Assembly: GCF_018350175.1 (NCBI RefSeq)
Contig: NC_058369.1
Coordinates: 6,882,001-6,946,000 of the forward strand
Length of the DNA stretch: 64,000 bases
Source: Felis catus
Taxonomy: Eukaryota
Direction: 5' to 3'
Part shown: positions 27,555 through 40,289 of the stretch, in pieces
How positions within the stretch are numbered: position 1 is the first letter of the stretch
Layout of the letters: each line of letters starts with the position of its first letter
Position numbers and translations under genes: made by a program
Notes under the pieces: generated by a model
Database searches by the model: none
The model's input: only the letters and a program-made list of their open reading frames with translations
Told to the model about the DNA's origin: nothing

Positions 27555-28270
27555 GTTGTCGATGAATCTGATGGAGAAGGTGGAGTGACAACACAATCAC
27601 AGGTGTGTTTTCTAGACCAGCAGGAGGAGCATCACCAGTGACAGACACTGTCTTAGGATGGGACAGAGACTAACAGAGAGGATTAAGAAGAAGGTGCCGT
27701 CTGTATGCATGGGATTCTGTTCCTTTAACAAAACCTGAAGCTGATACACCAGAGTGTCATCCATTGTTAATTCTCACAAGGATCAAGAGGAGGCCAATTC
27801 AAATATTGCACTAAATATACCATTTTGATTATTTGAAACATTTGGTAATTTTATAAAGAGAAACAGACTGGGGTCACAGTTAAAGACTGTCTGGATCCCC
27901 AGAGACCTCAGAGGCAGGCAACTGAGATAACGTAATTTTGTCAAGAACCAGGAATGGGAAGATAAAGTGACCTTTACCAAACTTCCTGCCTCCCACCACC
28001 ACCAATTGCAGATACTTTTATAACAGCCATCCTGTTAGAGAAAAAAAGCATATTTCTACTCAGTACGAAAATGTTCCTGGCCGTAGTAAACATTCATATG
28101 ATATTAGTAAATCGGCGGTCCTTGAATATTGGTGCAAAGCACAAGGAAGATGACAGAGAGGCAGGAAAACCATGGGTGGCTTTGATGCATGTGTTCTCCA
28201 CAGCTTCCTCCAGATGAAACTATAGTAAAACACCTGCCCTCATTTCCAAACATTGATGAAGGGTCATTAG

Positions 28271-28575
28271 ATTACCTGGTGGGTATTGTACTGGAATGAT
28301 ATGACATCTCCTCTGAATGTGCCATATGGAAGGTATACTCAGGAAGGGCACAGGGACTGAGTGACCCTCAGGCTCCAGAGAAACAAGGATCATCTATGAG
28401 ATAAGGTTCAGATGTGCTACTTCTTTTCTGAAGAACTGTTGAAGCAGGTAGTCCCAGGGTGATTGCAGTCTCTGTATCCCTAGAGATGCAATTTCCAAAG
28501 CTTCTCATTAGCCAAGTAATTTTGCTGTCACTGTGATCCAGGGCAGTACAAATCCTTCAAGACCAAGACTCCAGA
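28271..28575 (-). promoter_or_regulatory. OR promoter / 5' exon module C (for OR-3)
   Basis: TAATGA (tcatta 28505-28510), TCTCTAGGGA O/E-like site, donor at 28275. Confidence 0.65.
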
Positions 28576-28629
28576 GATAGGAATCCAGGATGACTGACTT
28601 TTTTTTTTTTAATCTGAGGCTGGATATAT

Positions 28630-30680
28630 ACCATTCACTATACAATATATAAACATAAATGGGAAAAAAATCCTAAAATATATATTGAACCACAAAAGAC
28701 CCCAAATAATCAAAGCAATCTTGAGCAAGAAAAGCAAAGCTGAAGCCATTACACTTCCTTATATCAAGCTATATTTCAAAGCTATAGTAATCAAAACAGT
28801 AGAATACTGGCATAAAAACAGACAGAGAGGCCAATGGAACAGAACAGAGAGCCCATAAATAAACTCACACATATATAGTCAGCTAATCTTTGACAAGGGT
28901 TCCAAGAATATTCAATAGGGAAAGGGTAGTCTCTTCAAGAAATGGTGTTAAGAATACTGGATATCCAAATGCACAGGAATGAAATTGGATGCATATCTTA
29001 ACCCTCCCCAAAAAAATTATGAATGTAATCATATGGTATTTGTCTTTCTGGGTCTGACTTATTTCACTTAGCATAATACCCTCTAGGTCCACCCATGTTG
29101 TCTCAAATGGCACAATCTCATATTTTTTATGGCTGCCTAATATTCCATTGTAAGTGTATATCACATCTTCCTTATCTTTTTTCCTCTATTTATGAGAGAA
29201 GGGAGTGGGAGATACAAGCATCCAGTTATGGAATGAATAAGTCATGGGAATAAAGGCACAGAATAAGGAATAGAGTCAATGTTATTTTGATAGCAAGGTA
29301 TCAGGATAACTGGTGGCTACACTTGTGGTGAACATGACATGACTTATCAACTTGTTGAATCATTATGTTGTATGCCTGAAACTAACCTAGCATTGTGTGC
29401 CAACTATACTCCAATTTAAAAAAAGTAAACTAAAGAGATACATATTTTTTAAAAAATCAACTGGAGCACCTGGGTGGCTCAGTAGGTTAAGCGTCCAACT
29501 TCGGCTCAGGTCATGATCTTTACCATTCATGAATTCGAGCCCCGTGTCGGGCTCTGTGCTGACAGCTTGGAGCCTGAAGCTTGCCTCAGATTCTGTGTCT
29601 CCCTCTCTCTTTCTACCCCTTTCTCACTCACACTCTGTCTCTCTCTCTCTGTCTCTCAAAAATAAACACTAAAAAATTTTTTTTCATTAAAAAAATAAAC
29701 TCAAGGGGCGCCTGGGTGGCACAGTCGGTTAAGCGTCCGACTTCAGCCAGGTCACGATCTCGCGGTCCGTGAGTTCGAGCCCCATGTCGGGCTCTGGGCT
29801 GATGGCTCAGAGCCTGGAGCCTGTTTCCGATTCTGTGTCTCCCTCTCTCTCTGCCCCTCCCCTGTTCATGCTCTGTCTCTCTCTGTCCCAAAAATAAATA
29901 AACGTTGAAAAAAAAAATTTTTAATAAAAAAAAAAAAACTCAAATGGACTATGAAGACTTAGAGGACCTAAAATTGTAAAACTTCTGGGATAAAACATAA
30001 GGATAAAGCCCCTTGGCATGGCCTTGGCAATGGGTTTGTGGGCACCAAAAGCACAAGCAACATAAGTAAAAATAAACAACTAGGACACATCATACTAAAC
30101 AGCGTGCACAGCAAAAGGAAAGAAAGAACAAAATGAACTAACAACCCACAAAATTGGACAAATATTTGCAAATCATACATTTGTTAAGGAGTTACTAACC
30201 AAACTAATAGCAAAAAACAGCAATCCCATTTAAAAGTGATCAAAAGACCTAAAAAGACATTTCTGCCCCAAAGACATACAAATGGCCAACAAGTATAAGA
30301 AAAGGTTCTCAAAATCACTCATCATTAGAGAAATGCAAACCAAAACTACAACGTGAAATCACCTTACACNNNNNNNNNNNNNNNNNNNNNNNNNNNNNNN
30401 NNNNNNNNNNNNNNNNNNNNNNNNNNNNNNNNNNNNNNNNNNNNNNNNNNNNNNNNNNNNNNNNNNNNNNNNNNNNNNNNNNNNNNNNNNNNNNNNNNNN
30501 NNNNNNNNNNNNNNNNNNNNNNNNNNNNNNNNNNNNNNNNNNNNNNNNNNNNNNNTGGGTATGTTTATGGTCTTGATGGTGGTGATGGTTTCATGAGTGT
30601 ACACTTATCCCAAACTCATTGAGTTGTATATGTTAGTATGTATAGCTTTTTTACATGTCAATCATCTCTAAAATAAAGCG
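28630..30680. mobile_element. LINE-1 ORF2/3' fragments with SINE dimer
   Basis: ORF2-like gaaccacaaaagaccc...tactggcataaaaacagaca; inverted 3' piece 29025-29175. Confidence 0.75.
29463..29938 (+). mobile_element. Tandem CAN-SINE pair (second copy, from 29705, is the young type)
   Basis: Two SINE bodies with A-tails. Confidence 0.9.
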
Positions 30681-30749
30681 CTTTTAGAAATTAATTAGTC
30701 GATTATGTCATGGTTACACTATAAAAAACCCATCCATGCAAGTTCAATC

Positions 30750-31605
30750 CTTCTTTTTTTCTTTAAGATTTTATTTTTAAGTAATCTCTACAACCCAACG
30801 TGGGGCTTGAACTCACAACCTCAAGAGTCACATCCTCTACCAACTGAGCCAGCCAGGCACTCCTCCTTTTTCTTTCTGATTGAGCCCCACTAAAGCTTGG
30901 GTCAGGCAGCTTTGGGCAGAGCCTCCTGAATGTATTCAGAAGATATGCACCAGCATCAACTCTAGGACACTCCCATTTCCTGGATTAAGATGAGATATTT
31001 TTACGATATTGATGGTAGACTCTTCCAAACAGGGAAGACTTAACTGGCTCAGTCCTGGGTGCATCCATATATTGTCTATAATTCTTATGAGGCAATGATT
31101 TAGAAAAATTCTCTAATGATGCTTTCAGGGTAAATAACTCATCAGGGGTTGCCTGGATGGCTCAATTGGTAGAGCATCCAACTCTTGATTTCTAGGTTGT
31201 GAGTTCCAGCCCCATACTGGGTGTGCAGATTACTTTTTAAAAAAGGTTCATCAGGGGTGCATGGGTGGCTCAGTCAGTGAAGCAACTGACTCTTGGTTTC
31301 AGCTCAAGTCAGGATCTCAGGGCTTCGTGGGTTCAAGCCCCACATGGGGCTCTGTGCTGACAGTGCAGGGCCTGCTTTGGATTCTCTCTCTCCCTCTTTC
31401 CCTGCCCCTCCCCCACTCAGACTGTCTCTCTCAAAATAAATAAACTGAAAAAACCTTATTTAATATTTTTATTTATTTTTAAGAGAGACAGACAGAAAGA
31501 GTGGGGGAGGGGCAGACAGAAGGGGAGACACAGAATCTGAAGCAGGCTCCAGGCTCTGAACTGTCAGCACAGAGCCGGACGTGGGGCTTGAACTTGTGAA
31601 CCACT
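30750..31605. mobile_element. CAN-SINEs (30750-30862 -, 31145-31245 +, 31254-31452 +, 31455-31605 -)
   Basis: SINE heads and tails interspersed in the relic intron. Confidence 0.8.
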
Positions 31606-32500
31606 GTAGTTTATAGGATTTATCCTGGTCCATCTCCTGTGTCAGAATCCTCATAGACAGGCACCAGTGTCAAGACCAATGGTCATCCCTACAAAGGGAT
31701 ATAAAAAAAACAGACATGGAAGGAAAAACAAATGCTGACCACCCACTTCAATTCTGTGTCCGAAATTAAGACACATTTTAGAGAATTCTAGAACTTTCCA
31801 CAAAATTGTGCCAGGGAAATTTTCTCCTGAGGATAGAAAAAAGCCCCTAGGGTTCAGAGTAGAAAATGAGCAGATCTATTAGGTATTGTTGCAAAAGAAC
31901 ATATTTATGTCAGATGATGAATAATTAGTCACTTCACAGGTGAATATGATCAGGGCATCTTCAGCATATTCCCACCCACAGCCCCGAAGGACTAGTAGAC
32001 AAACACCTCTCCCTAGGTGAAAACCATAGACTAGGGAACCTCAGAGTACCTAGCTGCCAGGCCTAAGGAATGGCATTCAGCATTGCTTTCCCTTTGATAC
32101 TAAAGGAGATCATTGGAAGCCCTGTTTTCAGGGAGAATGAAAACACAGAATGAACTAGACTGTTGTGCAAAAGTGATGGTCCCTGAGTAAAGGCTCACGT
32201 GTGCCACCTAGTGACCTGAGCAGAGTGGCCACAGGCAGACAATTTGCAGTCTCTGTGGCCCTTCAGGGTTCAATATCCAAAGTTCCTCCTTAATCAAATT
32301 CTTTTGCTATTCTGCTGATCCTAGGGTAGCAAAAATCCTTAAGGAACAAGGCTCAGAGAAGGAACAACTTACAACTGACTAATTCCCTCATCCCGGGAGG
32401 CCAAATGTTTGTGATTCTTGTCTGTCCACCTATTTCTTTTCACATCCATTTCAAGATTCTTTTATACATGGATGCAGTTCCCTTCTGTAATTGGATTCTA
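30885..32500 (-). pseudogene. Relic of an OR gene: promoter, 5' exon and intron without a coding exon
   Basis: Reverse complement aligns by eye with 1480-2345 and 5160-5385 upstream of OR-1 (e.g. ttctagaattctctaa; gatgcacccaggac; gctgcctgaccca). Confidence 0.6.
32044..32350 (-). promoter_or_regulatory. Orphan, degenerate OR promoter module D
   Basis: Same module, but the homeodomain site reads TAAGGA (32287-32292) and the donor reads ctag|gtactc; it has no coding exon of its own. Confidence 0.55.
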
Positions 32501-32615
32501 GCCTTGTTTTCTAAGGTACATTCAAAGGCACCCTTTATGGCAACAATCTAAGGAGGACAGACAGGACATTTAAACTCAAAAATATGGTTTATTATATGGA
32601 GATGAATAGATAAGA

Positions 32616-32637
32616 TGGATGGATGGATGGATGGATG
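32616..32637. repeat. (GGAT)n microsatellite
   Basis: Direct observation. Confidence 0.9.
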
Positions 32638-33441
32638 TGTAGATAGATAACCTATAAAATGCAAGAGATAATATGCATGATAATACAGCATATATACCCT
32701 AAAAAGCAAATTCTAAAGACTAACTACATGTATGCCTCATTGTAGTCTGTTTCTACATGTTATATTCAGTAGTTTCTAATGTATTCCCTATAATCAAAAT
32801 GAACTATGCATGGAAAAGTAACCTCAGCAAAATGGCAGATTAGGCAGCCCAAAGGTCTTGTCCTCTCACAGAAACACTGGAAAAAAAAAAAAACAAGCAG
32901 AATTGGCACAACTTTGACAAAGCTCTTGAAAATAGTCAAAATTTATAGCAACTAGGTCACCTGCATAGCCCAGTCAGTTAAACGTCCAACTCTTGATTTT
33001 GGCTCAGGTCATGATCTGACAGTCATGAGATGAAGCCCCATACTGGGCTCTGTGTTGGACATGATGCCTGCTTAAGATTCTTTCTCCCTCTCTCTGTCCA
33101 TTCTCTGCTAGGACTCCCTCTAAAAAAAAAAATTAGGTAACCAAGTGAGTGCTCAATGAAGAAAAAAGCAATTTCTAACTGGGAGAAAAGTGTTGTGTCA
33201 TTTTTACCTGTCCTTGCCCCTCCCCTTCCCAGGCATGACAAGAGTCAGTTCAGAAAAGGTCCCAGCCTGTGTTCTCAGTATGAGACCTGGGTCCAGGTAT
33301 TGTGAAGAGGCAGAGTAGACCTTTTTTCAAATCATTTGGTATGTCTGTTGTAACTGGTCTGGGAGCTACCTGAAGGACTGACACAAGGACTGACCTCAGG
33401 CTGGAAAAATAGTAGGCATGGTTCAAAAACACCACCAAACA

Positions 33442-33586
33442 TATTGAGGAGGGCACCTTTTGGGATGAGCACTGGGTGTTGTATGGAAACCAATTTGACA
33501 ATAAATTTCATATATTGAAAAAAAAATTAAAAAATAAAATTCTTTGAGCTTAAAAAAACAAAAACAAAAACAGAAACAAAAACACA
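33442..33586 (+). mobile_element. Tiny young L1 3' tip with double A-tail and 17-bp TSD
   Basis: Matches 9784-9860; TSD aaaaacaccaccaaaca at 33425-33441 and 33587-33603. Confidence 0.85.
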
Positions 33587-33729
33587 AAAAACACCACCAA
33601 ACAAACTAGCAGCCTGTACACACCTATGGTAAAAGATTAAAGTCAAAACATAATGTAGTTCTGCTAAGCCCAAGAGCAAAACAGGAGAATTTTTCTTTAG
33701 GAAACTAGGATGTTTAAAAGCAACTAAGT

Positions 33730-34644
33730 AGGGCACCTGGGTGGCTCAGTTGGTTAAGTGTCTGACTCTTGATTTCAGCTCAGGTCATGAAATCATGGTT
33801 CGTGAGTTCAAACCCTGTGTCAGGCTCTGTGCTGACAGTGCAGGGCCTGCTTAGGCCCTCTCTCTCTGCCCCAACCCTGCTCGCACTCTCTCTGTCTCTC
33901 TCAAAAATAAATAAATAAACATTTTTTTTTTAATGCAAACAAGTATATGGCAGAATTTAGAAAGCCACATGCTGGCCATGGCAAGACATGTACTCTGAAA
34001 GACCAGAAGATCCTAAACTTTCACATTGATCTCTACATTCAGTGCAAACCTGGTTAAGTGTTGAAAGAGTACTGCAGCACAGATCCAATCTACAAAGACC
34101 GAGAGAGCTGTTTGTTTGTATCACTCCTGGCATTTAAGGAAATCTGTCAAAGCACTAGCTGAACAAAAGAAGGAATATAGATTTCAATGACCACATACAG
34201 TAAGAATTACACTCTTTGCGGGCCACCTGGTTGGCTCAATCGATTAAGCATCCATCTTTGGCTTAGGTCATGATCTCATGGTTCACAAGTTCCAGCCCCA
34301 CATCAGTGTAGTGTGCTGACAGCTTGGAGGCTGGAGCTTGCTTCAGATTCTGTGTTTCCCCGCTCTCTCGGCCCCTCCCCCACTCATGCGCTCTCTCGCT
34401 CTCTGTCTGTGTCTGTCTCTGTCTCTCTCTCAAAAATAAATAAACTAAAAAAAAATATTTAGGGGCGCCTGGGTAGCTCAGTCCATTAAGCATCTGACTT
34501 CAGCTCAGGTCATGATCTCACCATTCCTGAGTTCAAGCCCCACACCAGGCTCAGGCTCTGTACTGATAGCTCAGAGCCTGGGGCCTGTTTCAGATTCTGT
34601 GTCTCCCTCTCTTTCTCTGCCCCTCCCCCTCTTGCGCGCATGCA

Positions 34645-34675
<31 letters not shown>

Positions 34676-34705
34676 CTCTCTCAAAAAGGAACATTAAATT
34701 TTTTT
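33730..34705 (+). mobile_element. CAN-SINEs (33730-33930, 34221-34455, 34462-34705); also 32955-33132 and 36886-37102
   Basis: Typical heads, (CT)n, tails. Confidence 0.8.
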
Positions 34706-34842
34706 AATCTTTTAATTAAAACAAATAATTAAAGTCTTTGCAAATACACTCTGGGAAAGTCCCTATAAAGACTACTGCCACTTTCAACAATTTTTTAAAG
34801 AGCATAGTAGGATTTCCTCATTTTTATGGCTGAGTAATATTC

Positions 34843-34844
<2 letters not shown>

Positions 34845-34878
<34 letters not shown>
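34845..34878. repeat. (GT)n microsatellite
   Basis: Direct observation. Confidence 0.95.
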
Positions 34879-34879
<1 letters not shown>

Positions 34880-36212
34880 ATATATATGTATCTTATAACT
34901 TCTTAATCCATTCATCCATTAATGGACACACATGGATGGACCTTGAAGGTATTAAGCTAAATGAAATAAGTCAGACAGAGAAAGCCAAATACAGTATGAT
35001 CTCGCTTATATGTAGAATCTAAAAAATTAAACAAAACACCAAACTCATTGAAGAAGAAATCATATTTGTGGTCACCAGAGGTGAGAGGTGGGGGTGGAGG
35101 AAAATTGGAGCAAGGCAGTCAAAAAGTACAAACTTCTGGTTATGAGATAAATAAGTGTGAAAAATGTAATGCACAACATGATGACTATAGTTAACACTGC
35201 TATATGATATATAGGAAAGTTGTTAAGAGAGTAGATCCTTAGAAGTATCATCCCAAGGAGAAAATATTTTTCTTTCCTTTTTATTATGTCTGTATAAGAT
35301 GATGGATGTTAACTAAACCTACTGTGCTAATCATTTCACAATATACATAAAGCACTCCATCCTGCTGTATACCTTAAACTTATACAGTGAGGTATGTCAA
35401 TTATTTCTCAATAAAACTGTGAAAAAGAGGAGATTCGGATAGCCGGAGCTATTATTATACTATTGACTCTGAAAAGCAAAAAGAAAAAAGAATGAAGAAA
35501 AGTGAGCAGATCCTAAGGGACCTATAGGACATCATCAAGTGAAAAAATATATGCATTATGGGAGTCCCAGAAGGAGAAGAGAAAGTGAAAAGACTATTTG
35601 AAGATAAAATGAATAAAAACTTCCCAAACATGATGAAATAAATGAACCCACAAATCTAGGAGACCCAGTGAGCTCCGAGGAGGATCATTCAAAGATACTA
35701 ACACCAAGACTCATTATCATCAAACTGACAAAGCCAAAGGGAAAAAGAGAATCTTGAAAGGAGCTCATCACGTACAAGAACTTACGAGAAAATCAACTCT
35801 GCACATACAATAGAGCCTCAATAAGATGAACAGCCAATTTATCATCAGAACCATGGAGGCCAGATGGCATTGGGATGACATATTTAAAGTGCTGAAAAAA
35901 ACTGTCAACCAACAACTTCATATCTAACAAAATTTTTCTTCCAAAAATGAGGGAGAAGTAAAACATTTTCAGAATAATGAAGCTGAAAGAGTTCATTACC
36001 CCTAAGCCTGCTCTACAAAAATATCTAACAGATTCTTTCAGGTTAAAATGAAAAGACACTACACAGTAATTCAATGCTGTATGAAAAAAATAAAGATTTC
36101 TGATAAAGATAAATGCATGGACAAATAAAAAACAGTACTGTATTTTTGGTTAATAATTCCAGTTTTTATTTCCCATTGGTTGTAAAAAAAAATGTAAAAC
36201 ATTTTAAATCTA

Positions 36213-36436
36213 GGGGCGCCTGGGTGGCACAGTCGGTTGAGCGTCTGACTTCAGCCAGGTCACAATCTCGCGGTCCGTGAGTTCGAGCCCCACGTCGGAC
36301 TCTGGGCTGATGGCTCAGAGCCTGGAGCCTGTTTCCGATTCTGTGTCTCCCTCTCTCTCTGCCCCTCCCCGTTCATGCTCTGTCTCTCTCTGTCCCAAAA
36401 ATAAATAAATGTTGGAAAAAAAAATTAAAAAAAAAA
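36213..36436 (+). mobile_element. Young CAN-SINE (SINEC_Fc type)
   Basis: TSD aaacattttaaatcta. Confidence 0.92.
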
Positions 36437-37757
36437 CAAACATTTTAAATCTATACTATTGGCAACAATGGATATTTAATTTGTGACACAAAGAAGAAAG
36501 GACCAAGCAATATAAGAGCAGAGGTTTTGAGCAGAGGTTTTGCATGCTATTGAAATAAAACTGGCATGAATTCAAACTATATTTTTATAAATTTAGCATA
36601 TAAAATGTAATGCCCATGATAACCATAAAGACAATTACTTGGATATGTTCCAAAAAGACAACGAGAATGGATCCCAAAATATTTCTACAATAAATCAACA
36701 AGGAAGAAAGGAGGGCAATCATGGAAGAAATAGAGAACATAAAAAGGTATCAGACATAAATAAAATAAAATTTTTCAAGGAAAAATTAAGTATCTCCTTA
36801 TCAATAAGTATGTTAAAAGTAAGTAATTAAACTCTCCGATCAAAAGGTAGAGATTGGAAGAAAGATAAAGGAAACAAGATGTGAATGGGGCATCTGGGTA
36901 GCTCAGTTGGTTAGCATTAGACTCTTGGTTTCTGCTCAGGTCATGATCTCATGCTTTGTGAGTTCCAGCCCCACATCGAGCTCTGAACTGACAGTACAGA
37001 GCCTCTTTGGGATTCTCTCTCTCCCCCTCTCTCTGGCCCTCCCCCGATTCTTTCTGTCTCTCTCTCAAAATAAAGAAATAAACATAAAAATTTAAAAAAA
37101 AAGGAAACATGATGTGAATATAGGTTGTTTATGACACTCACTATGGATCCACAAACAGTAATAGGTTTTAAATGAAAAAATAGAAAAATAGACTCCAGCC
37201 AATTCGTTGCCAAAAAAGAACTAATATCAGAGAAGAAAAATAGACTTTAAGTCAAAAATATTAAAATTAACAAAGAAAATAAGATGGAAAATAAATAGAT
37301 ACACAGAGACAGGGATTAAAAGGTCTATAATCAAGATGATATAACAATTATAAACATACATACACTAAACAACAGGGCCTCAAAATACATGAAGCAAACA
37401 TGACAGATGTGAGGTAAGAAATACACATTTCCACAATAATACTTAGAGACTTCAATACATCACTTTCCACAAAGGTTAGTGCCCTTGGATAGATCAACAA
37501 GAGAGAACTTGAAAAACAGTATAAACAAACAAAACCAATATATGTAAACATTCCATCCAACCACAGTACAAGACCCATTCTTCTCCAGGATAGATAATAT
37601 CAAGGCCACAAAGCAAGTTTCAATAAATTTAAAATATTGAAATCATACAGTGTCTTTTCTGACCATCACAGTGTGAAGCTAGAAATAAGTAAGAAGGACA
37701 AATGGCAACTAACAAGTATATGGAAATTAAACAACACACTCCTGAAAAAACAATGGT

Positions 37758-38679
37758 ATCTTACCCATGAGTTTTCTCAAGGCTCCCTTCATATCCCTGT
37801 TCCTCAGCTGTAGATGAAAGGGTTCATCACTTGAGGGACAACAGTGTACATCACTGAAAGCACTGCAGTGTTTCTGGAAGAGTTAGTAAAAGCAGAACTA
37901 ATGTACACCCCCAAACCTGTCCCATAGAACAAAGACACAACTGACAGGTGAGACCCACACGTAGAAAACGCTTTATACTTTCTGCCCACGGATGGCATCC
38001 TCAAAACAGAGGACACTATCTGAGTGTAAGAGAAAATGATTCCACACACAGGGATACCACCGAATAGGCTAGCTGCAAAATATATCAGGATGTTATTGAC
38101 GAGGGTGTCAGAACAGGCGAGCTTGATGACCTGAACAACTTCACAGAAGAAGAGAGGGATTTCGACGTCTGTGCAGAAGGTCAGCTGCAACACCATCAGA
38201 CTGTGCATCAGGGCATCCACAGTGCTAATGCACAAGGAGACTAGAATCAGCAGGCCACAGAAGTGGGAGTTCATGATGACTGTGTACCTCAGTGGGTGAC
38301 AAATGGCCACATAGCGATCATAGGCCATTGCCGCAAGAAGAAAACTTTCCAAACCACCAAAAGCCAGGACAAAGTAGATCTGGGTGAGGCAGCCTGCATA
38401 AGTGATGCNNNNNNNNNNNNNNNNNNNNNNNNNNNNNNNNNNNNNNNNNNNNNNNNNNNNNNNNNNNNNNNNNNNNNNNNNNNNNNNNNNNNNNNNNNNN
38501 NNNNNNNNNNNNNNNNNNNNNNNNNNNNNNNNNNNNNNNNGGACGATGAGCAGGTTTCCCAGGATGGTGACCAGGTATATGGACAGAAACAGAATAAAGA
38601 GAAAGGGCTTCAGTTCTGGATCCTCTGTCACTTGCATAAGAAGGAATTCGGAAACTGCTGTTTTGTTGCTGGGTCCCAT
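37758..38679 (-). pseudogene. OR7G1-like near-copy of OR-3 with a 1-nt deletion giving a stop after NPFIYS; 3' end fused to L1 (OR-4)
   Basis: cctcagctgtag versus cctcaggctgtag in OR-3; stop at 37804-37806 removes helix 8 (LRNRDMK...). N run 38409-38540. Confidence 0.75.
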
Positions 38680-39176
38680 GTTGTCGATGAATCTGATGGA
38701 GAAGGTGGAGTGACAACACAATCACATGTGTGTTTTCTAGACCAGCAGGAGGAGCATCACCAGTGACAGACACTGTCTTAGGATGGGACAGAGACTAACA
38801 GAGAGGATTAAGAAGAAGGTGCCGTCTGTATGCATGGGATTCTGTTCCTTTAACAAAACCTGAAGCTGATACACCAGAGTGTCATCCATTGTTAACTCCC
38901 ACAAGGATCAAGAGGAGGCCAATTCAAATATTGCACTAAATATACCATTTTGATTATTAGAAACATTTGGTAATTTTATGAAGAGAAACAGACTGGGGAG
39001 GCAGCTGAAGATTCTGTCTGGATCCCCAGAGACCTCGGAGGCAGGCAACTCAGATAATATACAATTATGTAGAGAACCAGGAATAGGAAGATTAGGTAAA
39101 CTTTACCAAATTTCCTGTCCTCTCACTGCCACAAAACTGTAAGTAAATGCCACAGACTTGTTTAACAGTCATCCTG

Positions 39177-39400
39177 GGGGCGCCTGGGTGGCGCAGTCAG
39201 TTAAGCGTCCGACTTCAGCCAGGTCACGATCTCGCGGTCTGTGAGTTCGAGCCCCGCGTCAGGCTCTGGGCTGATGGCTCAGAGCCTGGAACCTGTTTCT
39301 GATTCTGTGTCTCCCTCTCTCTCTGCCCCTCCCCCGTTCATGCTCTGTCTCTCTCTGTCCCAAAAATAAATAAACGTTGAAAAAAAATTAAAAAAAAAAA
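39177..39400 (+). mobile_element. Young CAN-SINE in the putative OR-4 intron
   Basis: TSD agtcatcct; absent from the paralogous OR-3 intron. Confidence 0.92.
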
Positions 39401-39666
39401 CAAGTCATCCTGTTTTGTTTTTTTTAAAAAGCAGATTTCTACTTAGGAAGAAATGGTCCTGGCCATACTAGAGAGTGGATACAACATTAATTAATGGAGA
39501 CACCTGAGTATTGGTGCAAAGTACAAGGAAACATATGAAGAATGTCATAGGCAGAAGGACCTTGGATAAGTTGGTTCTAATCATCTAATACATGTACTCT
39601 CTTCATGGCTTCCCTTGGATGAACCTGTAGTAAAATATCTGCCTTCATTTACAAACATTGATGTAG

Positions 39667-39980
39667 GTTACCTGGCTGGTATCACAGTGTAATAATGATT
39701 GACATTACCCTCGAATGCACCATCTGGGAGATTTGTACTCAGAAAGGGCAGAGGGACTGAATGAGACCTAAGCTCCTGAGCAAGATGCATCATCTATGGG
39801 AGGAGGCTCAGATATGCCACTACTTTTCATAGGAAGGATTGCTGAAATAAGTTAAGTGGTCACATGCACAGTGCAGTCTCTGTATCCCTAGAGATTCAAC
39901 TTCCAAAGCTCCTCATTAGTCAAACAATTTTATTGTCACTGAGATCCCAGGGCAGTGCAAATCCTTCAAGACCAAAACTC
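39667..39980 (-). promoter_or_regulatory. OR promoter / 5' exon module E (for OR-4)
   Basis: GCCCTGGGA, TAATGA (39913-39918), TCTCTAGGGA, donor at 39671. Confidence 0.65.
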
Positions 39981-40289
39981 TGGAAGGAAGGACTTCCCTG
40001 ACCCTGTGTGTCCAGGTGCACACCATGTAATTTTCCTCACCTATGTCTGCTCATCTCCATTTCAAATGCTTGGTAAATGACACACCATCCTTCTCTAATT
40101 GGATAAGAGTCTTCTTGTCTTAGTTGTGGACAAAGACATTGCTCTCTAATCAATGACATCAAGAATTTTGGTACCTATTTGGGATGTAAGAATACAGTGT
40201 GCAAGTTCATATATCTATTATATATATTTTAATATATCTTAAGTATTATATATTTTATGCTATATTATATGTATATATTTAAATAAGAT

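Larger units (their letters stand above)
32825..37757 (+). mobile_element. Old LINE-1 5' portion (5'UTR, ORF1, ORF2 endonuclease), SINE-interrupted, 3' end missing
   Basis: ORF1-like 35460-36060 (atgcattatgggagtcccagaaggagaagagaaa); ORF2 ends at WKLNNTLLKKQW (37721-37756), abutting OR-4. Confidence 0.7.

Noticed and set aside
26616-38998. OR-3/OR-4 as an uncollapsed haplotype duplication
   Set aside because: Flanks, promoters and repeat content differ strongly outside the ~1.2-kb tract.
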